From: Albugo candida
Taxonomy: Eukaryota
Direction of reading: 5' to 3'
DNA length: 64,000 nt
Assembly (NCBI GenBank): GCA_040437565.1
Contig: JBDOQK010000015.1
Location: 434,001 to 498,000, forward strand
The notes beneath the pieces are model-generated. The model searched no databases, was not told the DNA's origin, and worked only from the letters and a program-made list of their open reading frames with translations. How positions within the stretch are numbered: position 1 is the stretch's first letter; each line of letters begins with the position of its first letter. Position numbers and translations under genes: made by a program. Positions 25,189 through 37,450 of the stretch are shown here, piece after piece.

Positions 25189-25248
25189 TTCCCATGAAGT
25201 GTCAACTTTGGGATCTTTTTGTGAAAAGGTGAAAGACGGGGTAGAGTA

Positions 25249-25671
25249 ATGCAAGATACGGTAAGCTATGCGTCGATTGAAATGGATTTAGACCTATCAA
25301 AAGTAGCGTGGAGATCTGTCCAAAATGATCACAGTCATAAGGACAAACAAATTGTTTTTCTCAAGATTGAGTCATGCGACAAGTTGTACTCGAGACAGCT
25401 GAAAGATCGCAACATAGATGTGGGATGCTTCATAGAATTTCGTCCAACACTTGTCTGGGAAACATTACCGCTCGAGTCTCAGCGTGCTGCCACATTAGTA
25501 GATTACAGCATGCGCGTCATTATAGGCGCTGATAAATCAGAAGGCTTAGGGAAGGACACGAAAAGACTTCATGATGATTACTTCTCAACTTCAACGAAAG
25601 TGTCGGATAAGAAAGTCTATAAGAAGGTGAAGTTACATACTTGTAACCATCGCACAATGCACCGCGGGTAG
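25249..25671 (+). CDS. Hypothetical protein (140 aa; may be spliced at the 3' end)
   Basis: ATG-initiated ORF with globular-looking composition, divergent from the SAPS gene. No family recognised. Confidence 0.4.
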   Translation: MQDTVSYASIEMDLDLSKVAWRSVQNDHSHKDKQIVFLKIESCDKLYSRQLKDRNIDVGCFIEFRPTLVWETLPLESQRAATLVDYSMRVIIGADKSEGLGKDTKRLHDDYFSTSTKVSDKKVYKKVKLHTCNHRTMHRG

Positions 25672-25953
25672 TGTTAATTGATGCGTTAGTTCACACGTTA
25701 CGCTAAAACGGGAAAGGTCTTTTTTCGATAGGATAACATGTTTTTTCAGCATTTTATTGATTACTATAAAAGAGGAGGTAACCAATGTGATTGAGGCAGT
25801 TAGGTTTCTACATATTGAAGTTCTATTTTCTAACTTTTTTTTCACCAATCGTTAGTCTCCTTTTTAGTTGAGGCGAGAAGACATCATCAAGTCAATTATA
25901 CTGATTTAAACACATGTGTACTGTATAAAACTATTCTTTTTTATTTCCCAGCA

Positions 25954-25970
25954 GTCATTGTTAAATTTGC
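25954..25970 (+). promoter_or_regulatory. Oomycete initiator + flanking promoter region (INR/FPR)-like element
   Basis: gTCATTgttaAATTTGc about 60-70 bp upstream of ATG 26027 resembles the oomycete YCATTYYNNAWTTY core promoter. A TATAAAA lies about 30 bp further upstream. Confidence 0.55.
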
Positions 25971-26026
25971 CAAATTTCTGAGTTGAAGTTGAGAGCTCAA
26001 AGTCGAACAAGTTATTACGAAACAAT

Positions 26027-26494
26027 ATGGATCTCTCTGGTTTTATGCGGCGAATGTCGGGCGGGGAAGAGCAGCATTCTTCGTCTATCGGGTCGTTCGG
26101 AGCGTTCACGGACAGTACTAATCTAGTGTTGGACACAAAAATGCAAAAAAAAATGAGCAATGACGCAAGCGAACCACAATGGAATGATGACGACTCTCAT
26201 GGTTCACCTATCGCCTCTTCACTTGGGAGCGCTCCAGATATTGACGCTAAAATGCTAAGAAGAGGTCGGAGTAATTCAGAATGTCTTTTCCTAGCGAAAA
26301 GTCGCGGCCCTAATGATCTTCCAGGACCATGTAAAGAATACATCAGTAACGTGAAGCAGATCCTCGCCAAGTCAGACAATAACATTCCCTCTGGTCATAG
26401 TACACTGGCGAGAAGAAATAGTGTAGACGCCCGTCGACGACGAAGTATGTCGCTTCGAAATTCGCCGGCTTTTCGAGAGTCCGTGATTCGATAA
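26027..26494 (+). CDS. Small Ser/Arg-rich, probably disordered hypothetical protein (155 aa)
   Basis: ATG ORF preceded by an INR/FPR-like motif. Several basophilic kinase-site-like motifs (RRMS, RGRSNS, RRNS, RRRRSMS). Confidence 0.7.
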   Translation: MDLSGFMRRMSGGEEQHSSSIGSFGAFTDSTNLVLDTKMQKKMSNDASEPQWNDDDSHGSPIASSLGSAPDIDAKMLRRGRSNSECLFLAKSRGPNDLPGPCKEYISNVKQILAKSDNNIPSGHSTLARRNSVDARRRRSMSLRNSPAFRESVIR

Positions 26495-26733
26495 ATTCTC
26501 GAGTCTTTTAAAGTACCTTACATATGGAACTAGGCATGTATGGTTCGGTCAACGCTGTGTGATATTTTTGTCATTTTTATTGAGGAAACGTGGTTGTGTG
26601 GCGTAGCTGGTGATACATTTATCGATATTATCAAAAGCTGGAAGGAGTGAACGAAAGAACATTGATTTTATCCGACCATATTCGAGCTGCAGTAGGCCTA
26701 TTAATTGTACAATTACACTTTTGATAACGATTT

Positions 26734-29700
26734 CTACTTTGTTTTATATGCACGTAATTCTTTAAGGATGGGAACAGGGGGCAGGAGAATTGACAAGCGT
26801 GAAGCTGTGTTCATCCTACTCCAGTGCGAGATTGCAGAAATAACTGAGCACTCCCTTTGCGAGCAGCATCGATACGTGAACAAGAGAGTGCGCATCAACA
26901 TTGAGAGAAAGTCTTCTCGCTGCCGCATCTCAACGAAGCGATCATCATAAGCGTACATAGTGTAAAGTACGCGACACTGAGCTATTGATGAGAGAAAAAT
27001 GAAGAAGTCGCTTGATATTTGCGATCTCGCGAATTGGAATAAATAATCTGACTCCATGCGCTCACTTGTGAAATCACGCCAGTTGCATTCTAATTTCCAC
27101 ACAGAGTAATCACGATTTGAGTAAACTTTTGACAGACCCTCACTTCCAGGATCTTTGCGGGATGCTACCCACGTCACGAAGATAACATGCCGATACAATC
27201 CCTCGAGAAGAAGCATGTCTCTACTTACTTGATCGTGCCAATTTTTGCAGGAAAGCCCGTTATTTTTTCGAGGCAATCGAATGTCCCAATGTTGCGTGAT
27301 AGCCATAACATCCGAAACCTCACTTTCGTTTGAATGTATCGCATGAGCATAATCATCATTGAAGCAAAAGTCGTCGATCTCCTCCCCGTTTTGCAGAAGA
27401 AGTGTTTGCGGTATTATCGGTTCCTTCACGAATCGTGTTTTCTCCAGATTGCTCGCTATCAAGCGATCCACACTGTCGTGAAGCTCTGACAATGTAGGTC
27501 GAATCCGAGGATCACGCTGGAGAATAAAATCACATAATCGCATCATTTCTGTGAGTAGTTCTTCTTCTTGCGTCGATATAGAACGACGGCTAATGTAATA
27601 TTCTTCTAAATAAGCGATATGTTGAGGTTTTAGCGTCTGAAATTCTCTTGNNNNNNNNNNNNNNNNNNNNNNNNNNNNNNNNNNNNNNNNNNNNNNNNNN
27701 NNNNNNNNNNNNNNNNNNNNNNNNNNNNNNNNNNNNNNNNNNNNNNNNNNCTCCAGTGCGAGATTGCAGAAATAACTGAGCACTCCCTTTGCGAGCAGCA
27801 TCGATACGTGAACAAGAGAGTGCGCATCAACATTGAGAGAAAGTCTTCTCGCTGCCGCATCTCAACGAAGCGATCATCATAAGCGTACATAGTGTAAAGT
27901 ACGCGACACTGAGCTATTGATGAGAGAAAAATGAAGAAGTCGCTTGATATTTGCGATCTCGCGAATTGGAATAAATAATCTGACTCCATGCGCTCACTTG
28001 TGAAATCACGCCAGTTGCATTCTAATTTCCACACAGAGTAATCACGATTTGAGTAAACTTTTGACAGACCCTCACTTCCAGGATCTTTGCGGGATGCTAC
28101 CCACGTCACGAAGATAACATGCCGATACAATCCCTCGAGAAGAAGCATGTCTCTACTTACTTGATCGTGCCAATTTTTGCAGGAAAGCCCGTTATTTTTT
28201 CGAGGCAATCGAATGTCCCAATGTTGCGTGATAGCCATAACATCCGAAACCTCACTTTCGTTTGAATGTATCGCATGAGCATAATCATCATTGAAGCAAA
28301 AGTCGTCGATCTCCTCCCCGTTTTGCAGAAGAAGTGTTTGCGGTATTATCGGTTCCTTCACGAATCGTGTTTTCTCCAGATTGCTCGCTATCAAGCGATC
28401 CACACTGTCGTGAAGCTCTGACAATGTAGGTCGAATCCGAGGATCACGCTGGAGAATAAAATCACATAATCGCATCATTTCTGTGAGTAGTTCTTCTTCT
28501 TGCGTCGATATAGAACGACGGCTAATGTAATATTCTTCTAAATAAGCGATATGTTGAGGTTTTAGCGTCTGAAATTCTCTTGGAGAGCAAGACTCCTCTT
28601 TGTGCAATACCAAATGGGTGTATAAAGATGCCGAGGTTTCTAAAGCACAACAAGCATCTCAACAATTGCTGAGTAGCATTGATTGGGCATCTCTTACCTT
28701 GCTCGAAAAGCATCCTTTCGCCGAGTAGTTCATACAGAAGAGCTCCCAAAGACCAAATGTCACTTGCACTTGTTATTTTCAAAGTCCTCTCATTCGAATG
28801 CTGAAGCATTTCGGGACTCTGTATCGCTTCTGTCCCTCTCGCATGACCAAAATACTCGCAGTAATTGTCTCCATCATCCTTTGGTACCGTGACAAATGGA
28901 AGTGCTTCCCCAAAATCAGCAAAAACCACACTTCGGTCCAAATACTTCCGCCAATTATCATTTCCGTCCTTCAAACTCTGAAGTAGGGCGTCTGTGAATG
29001 TTTTCCAGTCTTCACAACGAATCAGAATGTTCTCACACTACAAAGTTCCTGGATAAATAATGCTACGCATAGCTCACGAGCATAGTCTGTACCTTGATGT
29101 CTAAATGCAAAATCCCCGCGCTATGGATCTTTTCGAGATGGCGACATAATGTGGAGAAGACGCAAAGAATGAGTGTAAAAGTCGATCCAATTGGAAATTG
29201 GTTCCTCACAAAGTCACGCCATTCTTTTAGGTTCAATGGGAAGAATTCCGTAATAATTTCAAAATGCTCATCGTCAGTGCATAATCCGAAATCTAAAAGC
29301 TGTAGGGAGGATCCTTTTGCGTATTGATTCAGTTTGTCTAAAACCTGAATTTCATGAAAGACATCAGGAATGACGGAACGATTTTGGCGAGATCGCAGGC
29401 ATGGAATGCGTTTGACTGCGACTTGGATATTCAAACAAGGTGTATAGGAGCTATACACACTCGCAAATGCACCCTTTGCTACGTACATCCATTCTTGCGG
29501 TTTCTGTGTATCTCTATGTGCCTCATTTGAATTCAAGAAAGACTCAAACGCTTCTAGATCTTCGTCAGAACTCTGCCGGTAAGATCGCGGTGGATCGGGT
29601 ACATCCCATTTTGACGCTTTCTCAGACAATCTTTTCTGAACGTATAGAGTTCGTGGATAAAAATCGGGGACCATTAGACGTAAAAGCATTCGCATTGCTT

Positions 29701-32700
29701 TGCTCTTTTGCTTCGATCGCCACACAGTATTCAGATCTTTATCCTCTAGAATTGATATGAGTAGCTCCGGAAGTATGTACTTCTTCGAGTTCTGATGAAG
29801 CGTAAATAAATGTGATTGTATCGTGTCAATATCAGCGCATCTTGCATCGGGAAGTGAGCATACATTAACGGAGTGATACAATGCGCTATTGTCCCACTGG
29901 GAGGTGCTATCACCCTCTGATAATGTATCCGGTCGCCGTGAAGTCAGGAAACAAGAGAGCAGTAAAACAATAACATATGCCGTAGTCTTTGAGAGACTCG
30001 TGCTATTGCCTCGAAAGTTCTTTATGTTTTTTGGCCATGAAATATTTGGAACGGACAATGATTTGAACAGGGTCTTATGTTCCTCCAGATGGTTCGTTGC
30101 TCCGTCATACTGCGCACTGCAGCCACCAGCTTTAGTCGCGAGATACTCAAGAGACTTGGAAATGACATAGTGATCGAGCTCGGAAACATTCGTGCCATCT
30201 AAGTATACATTTCGACGCTCCAAAATTGCAAGTATCCCTGAAAAGTATAGCTGGCAGCCCTCCACAGCTTCTGAGCATAATAAACGGTCCAAATGCCACC
30301 TGACGTTCTGCAACGGTGTGGTTGGTAACTTCCAGCTCCGGTGATCGAAAGTACAATACAGTGTTCCTAGCAAACGAAGAACAGAACGTTGTGCATCCAT
30401 TATATCATCAGATGTAGCGACTTTTGCGGTGTCAATCAAGCCTGACATCGAAAGATTACCTCTCACGCAAGTTTTATAAAACAGGTCAACCAGGCAGATC
30501 TCACGGTTGATTACATTTGATGATACCTCACACTGCTTCATCATGCTCAGTAGTGCCTGAAGAAAGTCACAGAATATGTCTACGGTGTGATCGATTTGTG
30601 GCTGAACGCGGAAGGTTGCTGACAATATTGTCTCGGCCATATATTGAATCGGCATCGTCGCACCGATACTGCTCAATTGATGATATACTTGGAGCTGCAG
30701 CTTGACTCCTTTCACTCTCTTCAATATGCAAGTATATAACTTCATGAGATTCACAAGTGATATGGTAAATGTTTCTGTCAAGCCTCCATATTCTCCAGTG
30801 GAAGTTTTTCTTGCACAGAGTTTGTGGAGACTGCAGCAGCGAATAGTACAAGCAGACATCTTCTCAAAAACAAGTTTTACATATTCCTCGAATATTTCCA
30901 AGGGGAAATTATTGAAAATGTACAGCTGTAATGAGAATACATTGCTTACGGAGCTCGCATCGGTATTTTTGCATGCATCCAGACTTGCGAAGAAAATATC
31001 CCACTCGAGAATGAAGTACTGAAGACAATCTTGGAATCCACCACAAGGTCTAAAATCGCTCTTTGAAGCTAAAATGATTTTATACTGACGATGCAACTCC
31101 ATGAAAGCTGTCAATATACGAAATATGAGCTGAGTTTGCTGCGATTCTGACGTAGATGCACAATATTGTAATCTAATATAAAGCCTTCCGTATAGATTGA
31201 AGAGCCCGAGGCACTGTTCGCTACGCCAAAGATAAGATGGTGTGCCTACGCTGACCAATAAGTCGGTGACAACTCGGTAGATGAAGGATAAAATCGCTGT
31301 CTCTAGCAGTACGGCTTCGCTGGGAATATAATTCTTAGACGCGTTCAGTCGATTTGATGCGATCGGATCCTTCGAGTCATATCTCATCAGTAAAGAATTT
31401 ACTTGTGTGAAGAGCGGGACATCAATCTCACAGATGTTGTCGAATGAGTACTTCAATTCTACTTGTGTTTTCGTAAGCTTTTTTAGTGACTGCAATGTGT
31501 CGGTAACAAGGGAGATTATCTGACTAAATCGACTTGATGGTTGAGGAATGCACCTGCATGAGAACTCAGCTAGTAGGTTGTGCTTTTCAGTGCTTTTCCG
31601 TGTTTCCAGTAAAACAGAATCATCTGTCAGTACCATAAATATACACCACAGACTTTCAAGACCAGAGAATGTCATCAACTTGTCATTGAAAACATGAGAT
31701 GAGATTGAAAGTTGATAAATCATGTCGACGAATTCTGCAGAAATAGATTTTCTTCGCGACATCATGCAAAGACAGCAGTGTAAAATCTGAATCCAGCTTG
31801 ACTGGGTAGCATATCGTAATGACATTTCTACAATACATTTCTTCATGAGATTTGATGTCGCTGAGCCGAAATCTTTGCTATACTGCTGTCCAGGAGCTTC
31901 TTCTCTCATCAAGTAATAAGCTACTAACCTTTCTACGAGACAAATAATCACTTCTTCGGCCCTTTCACATTCGCTCTCTGAGTCTACTTGTGGTTGTTTC
32001 GAGAGGTTTACTGAATCGAGATACTGTTCAATTAGCTCATCCAGCTTCTCTATGTGCTGATTATTTGAATTAAAGTCATGTAAACCTCCACGGAGTCTCA
32101 AAATTGCTTGAGACTCTTCGCTCTCTGAAACGTTGTTGGAGAGTTCGGCTAATCTTGAAGCTGTAGAATGCTTCCCAATCGAATTTAAAGCTGCCAGCGG
32201 ATTTGTGACGAATTTCAGGGTTGTTTGATGTGGATTTTGAAAGCTATCTCTCAGAGATGCGAATTGTACACCTTTGATTGCCATATATTTTTTGGCGCCG
32301 AATTTCAAAAATGTGCGCGACGATTCTATGACGGCAACTCCGTCTGTGATGGCCACATGTGAGCTGTCGAGTTGGAATTCTATGTTTCGGGTTCGATAGG
32401 AGACCCTTTTGGAGAAGCAGCTACTCGAATAGTCCCTCTTCGTTGCCTCCGAACACAGCAAGTAGAAGCCCAGCGTCTTCGAATTCAATATCAATCCATA
32501 TTTCTGTGATTCAATGGATAGCGCATCGATTATTTTAGGATCAAGCAGGAAATTGTGCCATTTACCATCTGCCTCATTTTCCCAGACATATTGTTGTGGA
32601 TAGTCTTTAAGAACGCATTCGTGCATCTCTGCAAGGTCTGCAAATGCCGTCATATAAATTGCACGAATGCATGGTAAACTTTGTTTCCAGCACTTTATCA

Positions 32701-33196
32701 GAAATTCAAACATCCAACTCGGAACATACACTCGATGCAAGCAATTTCTCTTGACTGATGGATTGCCATTTTCATTCCAGCCGGAATTCCATTCTGTGGA
32801 TTCGATGATTCTAGTAGCAGTTTCACCACACGCGATCACAATTCTTTGTACTGTCCAGGCAAACTTGAAGTAAATGCACACTGTCTTTTCGACAAGAGCC
32901 AAGACGAAAGTCCCCAGAGGCTGCAGGAGCAAGAATCCCATTGCGTTTTTCCCATCCGATGCCAGCATTACAAGAAGGTATCGGCTTGGTAACGGTGCAA
33001 CACCATGTAGAGGGTTATTTTTACCACTCATACTATCTCGTGCCATCACCGCAATGCTATTCAATTTGGAGCCCAAAATCTTCTCGCTGCTCCTTTTAGC
33101 TTGACAGGATTTCACACCGATTGTGCCATTTTCTAGTTCCGTTTTTGGTATAACGAGAGCGTGTCCAAGAAGTGGAAATCGCGGTTTGTCATTCAT
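26734..33196 (-). CDS. Very large Ser/Thr protein kinase: about 1200-aa helical N-terminal region, kinase domain, C-terminal extension
   Basis: Motifs VAKGAFASVY, VAVKRI, FHEIQVL, ILHLDIK|CENIL (intron 29092-29038), ADFGEA, RGTEAIQSPE and DIWSLGALLYEL. Intron 28697-28640 joins the C-terminal ORF in frame. 26819-27650 is duplicated at 27751-28582 around a gap. Confidence 0.85.
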
Positions 33197-33472
33197 GTAC
33201 TTTTGTGGGTTGAGTCTTTACACCTGAACAAAGATGCCTGTAACGGCCAGTCATAAAATATTCTATATACGCGACGTTCACGGGTCGAGCAGCCTACTGA
33301 TTACACAGCACTATGAGTGTGACATGTCATCTATTATGATTGTGCTAGATGTCGTCCATCTACTCGGCTTATGGTATGGAATCCTCTTTCTTTAAGTACT
33401 ACAGAAAAGTTCTTAGATCGCGTTACAGCAAGTTTCTTTGATCGTTGTGACGTTTGATGTGTGACGCTTGGA

Positions 33473-36407
33473 ATGAGTGATCTTCAAGCGGTTCCACCGA
33501 TAAATTGGCCTCTTGATCGAATCAATCGCGACGTAGTAGATGAAGCGGATATCGCTGCTGTCGATCGCTATTTCTTTGATTCTTTTGATCAACCTCTGAT
33601 GATACAATGGGTTTTGCAGTACAAACAGAAGAATTTTCAAAGACGCCTTCTCGTTGTCTTTCCACTTGACATCTATACTTTCAAGAAAAAAGGGAAAAAG
33701 CAAGCACTGCGGCTCACGAAATTGAAACTCTGTAAACGTTATCAATGGATCTGCCTTGAAGCACTTCAAATTGTGGCACCGGAGACTGGCCCTTTTCATA
33801 CTATTTCGGTACGACTGATTTTCGACATGAAGAAGTCTTTCAACATTAGAAATTGTCACAATAACCTCACGCGTTGCTCGTCGCTAAGACGCCATTTCTT
33901 CAGATCTAAAGAAGGTCTGGGTACGCACTGCCAAGGTTGTATATCTCGCCACGTTTTGCATCTGCATGCGGGCACACAGACCGAGTTTTTGGCTCGCTTA
34001 TCACAGCGAATCATACACAATCTGCATTTGCTTTATACACATGAAGAAACCACAGGTGACACCACACAATATGTACTACCAGCTCCGCATTTCGAAATTC
34101 CTGCACAATTGAGCTGGCTCGAGTTTATTGAGAAGAAGAACTCTCTATTGGATGTTGCTGCAAGATTTGATTTTGTTGTGCTTGCATATCGCGCCAGGTG
34201 TGATGATATGGGCATACAGTACCGTCAGGACACCATGCGTCGGACGTATGAGTGCATTTGTAGCTCCGATTCCTTAGGTGAAGCTACACTTGATCTACAG
34301 TATTGTCTTTCGGAGAACGAGAGGACTGATTGCACAAATGTGAATTGGAGACGAGAGACTCGACCGCTTTCATTGATCCAAAAGTTGAATCAATTTGTCT
34401 CTGAATTGATCAATGGCGATAATGGGGGCCAACACTCCCATCTAGAAGCAGAGATACTCCTTCAAGTCTTGTTGTCTTGCCCTTTTTGGTTCGCAGAAAT
34501 CACAGTGAGCGATCGATTATTAACAAGTCCCGAGACTAAACTATTGTCCAGATTGATTGCTCGCTCAAAAGTAAATCGAGTCACAATGAGGAATGTCGGA
34601 ATGGACGAGTCAATGTTAGCAAACTTGTGCAAGTACCTTCATGAAGGATTTACCGAGAATACAAAACCGAAGGAGCACCAAGTAAAATTACTCGAGTGCG
34701 ATTTTTCGTATAATGATTTTGACGCGCATATGGTAAATGCTCTTGGAAATTTCTTCACACCAGAACAGAGCTTGGCAATGTCACAATTAAATATGCAAAA
34801 CTGTTCTTTGTCAGCCGATTTGAGTACGACATTACTGAAACGCATAAAGTCCGTACCAGCTCTTTCATTTAGTTTACGCGTACTAAATCTATCAAATAAT
34901 ACTCTTGGAACTGCAGGAACACGAGCTTTATCAAGCTGGATTTCTACATCATCTTCCCTGCAAATCTTGGAGCTGGCCAACGTCAAACTAGATCTTGATG
35001 TGTTCTCTGCGTATCTTTCACGAAACACAATCCTGTATGAGTCTAGTCTCACTCGATTGGATATATCCTACAACGTCTTGCAAGAGCGAGCCTCAGACTG
35101 CTTGGGATGGATGTTAGGTAAAACCCAGTCGTTGTCAACATTGATATTGCGTGGAATGCGCCGCAGAGAAGTGAAGTTAGACTTTTGTTCATGTTGTACG
35201 TTGAAGTCCCCGCAAAGCAAGGGTTACCCGGATGAAGCTTTGCTCGAACGGATACCTTCATCGGTGTGTCTCATAATGAGACGCTTCTTTCAGACAGTAT
35301 GTCGTTCTCGGAACAAAAGCGCGGTGAATTATTTGAAATCTATCGTGCATCCCTTCCTTCTAAATGAAAAATTAAAGAAGAACTCGCACACAACTCTCGA
35401 CCTAAGCGAAAATGATATGAGTGGCTGGCGTGCCTACGTTATGGCCGAGCTCTTTCAAGGGTGCAGTTCGTGCAAAAGAAGACTCAAATTATATCTAGAC
35501 GCATGTAGACTGCATGGCAATGGGGTACGCCATGAACTTTTACCACATGATGCAATTTTCATAAATAAGCTTTTCGCGCAGGCCTTGGTGCTTATTCGGA
35601 ACTTATCCAGTTGTAAATTGATAGAAGCAATTTCAATGAATCAGAATGGCTTTACTCTACGGAGAAGGCAGCTTCGTCTTGTGCAAGAAGATGAACGGGT
35701 GTACCGCACGGAACGCAACAATGCCAATTTCGCATTTGAAGATGAAAGAGCTGAACTTTCAAGAACGAAAGCTTTCAATCACAAAGATTATTCTGAGCGA
35801 TCACGACGCAGTTCTGTTGATAGAAAAGTGCAAGCAATTTTTCCGACTTTGCTGATAGACATCCTGGAGAATAGAATCGACTCCGCGACAAATTTGAAAG
35901 AACTGTATTTGAGCAGCAATCCAGAAGAGTATATTTCTAATGACCGACGCAGGTCGTCTTGGGGAAAGACACACTTCGTTTACAGTTCTCAGGTCATAAA
36001 AGAGATTGTCGATGCTTTGGCCATTAACAAATCATTACGGCTCCTGGATGTCTCTGGCAACTTATGTGGTAATTCACTCGCTTTTGCTTTGGGATATACG
36101 CTACCAGAAAACAGCAGTCTAGAAGCGCTCTACTGGGATATGAATTGCACAAATGTCATCGGATTTACTGCGTTTTTAGCAGGTCTAAAGAAGAACCAGA
36201 CTCTATCATTTGTACAGATGCCAATCCGAGACATACAGAGGGTATGTATATAACGGTAGAGCGAAGCGTTGAGCTGGTGGGAATAACAATGCTGTCTCGT
36301 AGATACTGGAGGAAGACATTTCACCTCGAGGAAAACTTTTCGCCGTTTTAAGCGACATATTCCGACATGTCGAAAGTCGATCAGGTACAAAAAAGTGGAA
36401 TTGTTGA
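33473..36407 (+). CDS. CARMIL-like leucine-rich repeat protein (N-terminal PH-like domain + RNI-like LRRs)
   Basis: LRRs LRVLNLSNNTLG, LTRLDISYNVL and LDVSGNLCGNSLAFALGYTLPENSSLEALYWDMN...LKKNQTLSFVQMPIRD closely follow the CARMIL terminal LRR/cap pattern. Intron 36242-36302 is followed by a short last exon (end tentative). Confidence 0.7.
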
Positions 36408-36511
36408 GCTGGACAGGGTCGAGGCAGCTAGAATCGCCAGCTGTACCCATTCAACATGATCAAAAGAGAGCGACCAAAGAAAGTAGTTTCTTTTTCTGCG
36501 ACCATGGCCAC

Positions 36512-37404
36512 TTATGTCCCAAAGCTTGGATGCACTGTTTTCAAAAATGCATCCAACTCGGACTTGGCTGCAGCCTCGTTCGCAGTGAGCTTTTTCTTCT
36601 TTTTCCTTCTTGGATTGTCCAAAAGTTTGCGTGGTAAATCGGTTTGACGGCTAGCCGTTCGTTTTTTCAGCTTAATTTCTTCTGGAAATCGATGTGGATC
36701 ATCTTTCTGGCTCGGCCCACTTCGTAGTTGGCTCGTGCCTGCAGCTTGGCTAATCTTTGCTTTGATTTTTGACTTCAGAGAGGGAAAAGCTGCACCATCT
36801 TCGATGCGAACATAGCGACATCGGTGACATGTCACACACTAAGCAGCGATTGAGTCAAAACAAAGATATCATACACCTAATGAGCTTACCTTACCAATAC
36901 GTTACGCAATCGAGTCACTGTTTTCTTCTCGTTTCGATTGCCAGCAACAAGTGCGAGTAGTTTCTTTTCTTTTTGCAATTTTCTGTATCGCTTTTCGTTG
37001 TAATTTGACGTTTTACTGATGCTTTTTACACAGACATCGCATGTCAATGAAGGAATCAGGAATGCATTACAGCATTCACATATCGAAGTTAGTACGTTTG
37101 ATGGCAGCACTACAGCACAATTCAGGAACGATGATAAACAGCATTATAGATTAGAAGAATACCTGCTTTCGCGTCACGCGCAACTCGTATCATAGAGTCA
37201 CTGAGAGAACACAAAAAAGTATTAGAATTAGTCAAACGCATAACGGTAATGTAATAATCACGTGAATTGATTTGCAATGACATAACTCTTTGCAAATATA
37301 TAATGCTGAGCCGATTTCCATAAGTAGTTAAGGCGCTTTTCGACGGCTTTACTACTTAATGTGTCTGTAATTAGCGGTAGGTGGAGATCGCCACTCGAAC
37401 ACAT
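36512..37404 (-). CDS. RPP21: RNase P/MRP subunit Rpp21/Rpr2/Snm1 family, 4 exons
   Basis: Spliced reading MCSSG...KRLNYLWKSAQHY...DSMIRVARDAKA-VLPSNVLTSICECCNAFLIPSLTC...RNVL-CVTCHRCRYVR gives the RxxYL motif plus two CxxC pairs and a Lys-rich tail. Confidence 0.85.
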
Positions 37405-37450
37405 TCTGGAAGCTCAATTATATGATAATCAACTTTATTATAAGGCTCGA

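Noticed and set aside
26819-28582. Internal domain duplication in the kinase
   Set aside because: Apparently identical 832-bp flanks around gap 27651-27750 indicate an assembly overlap.
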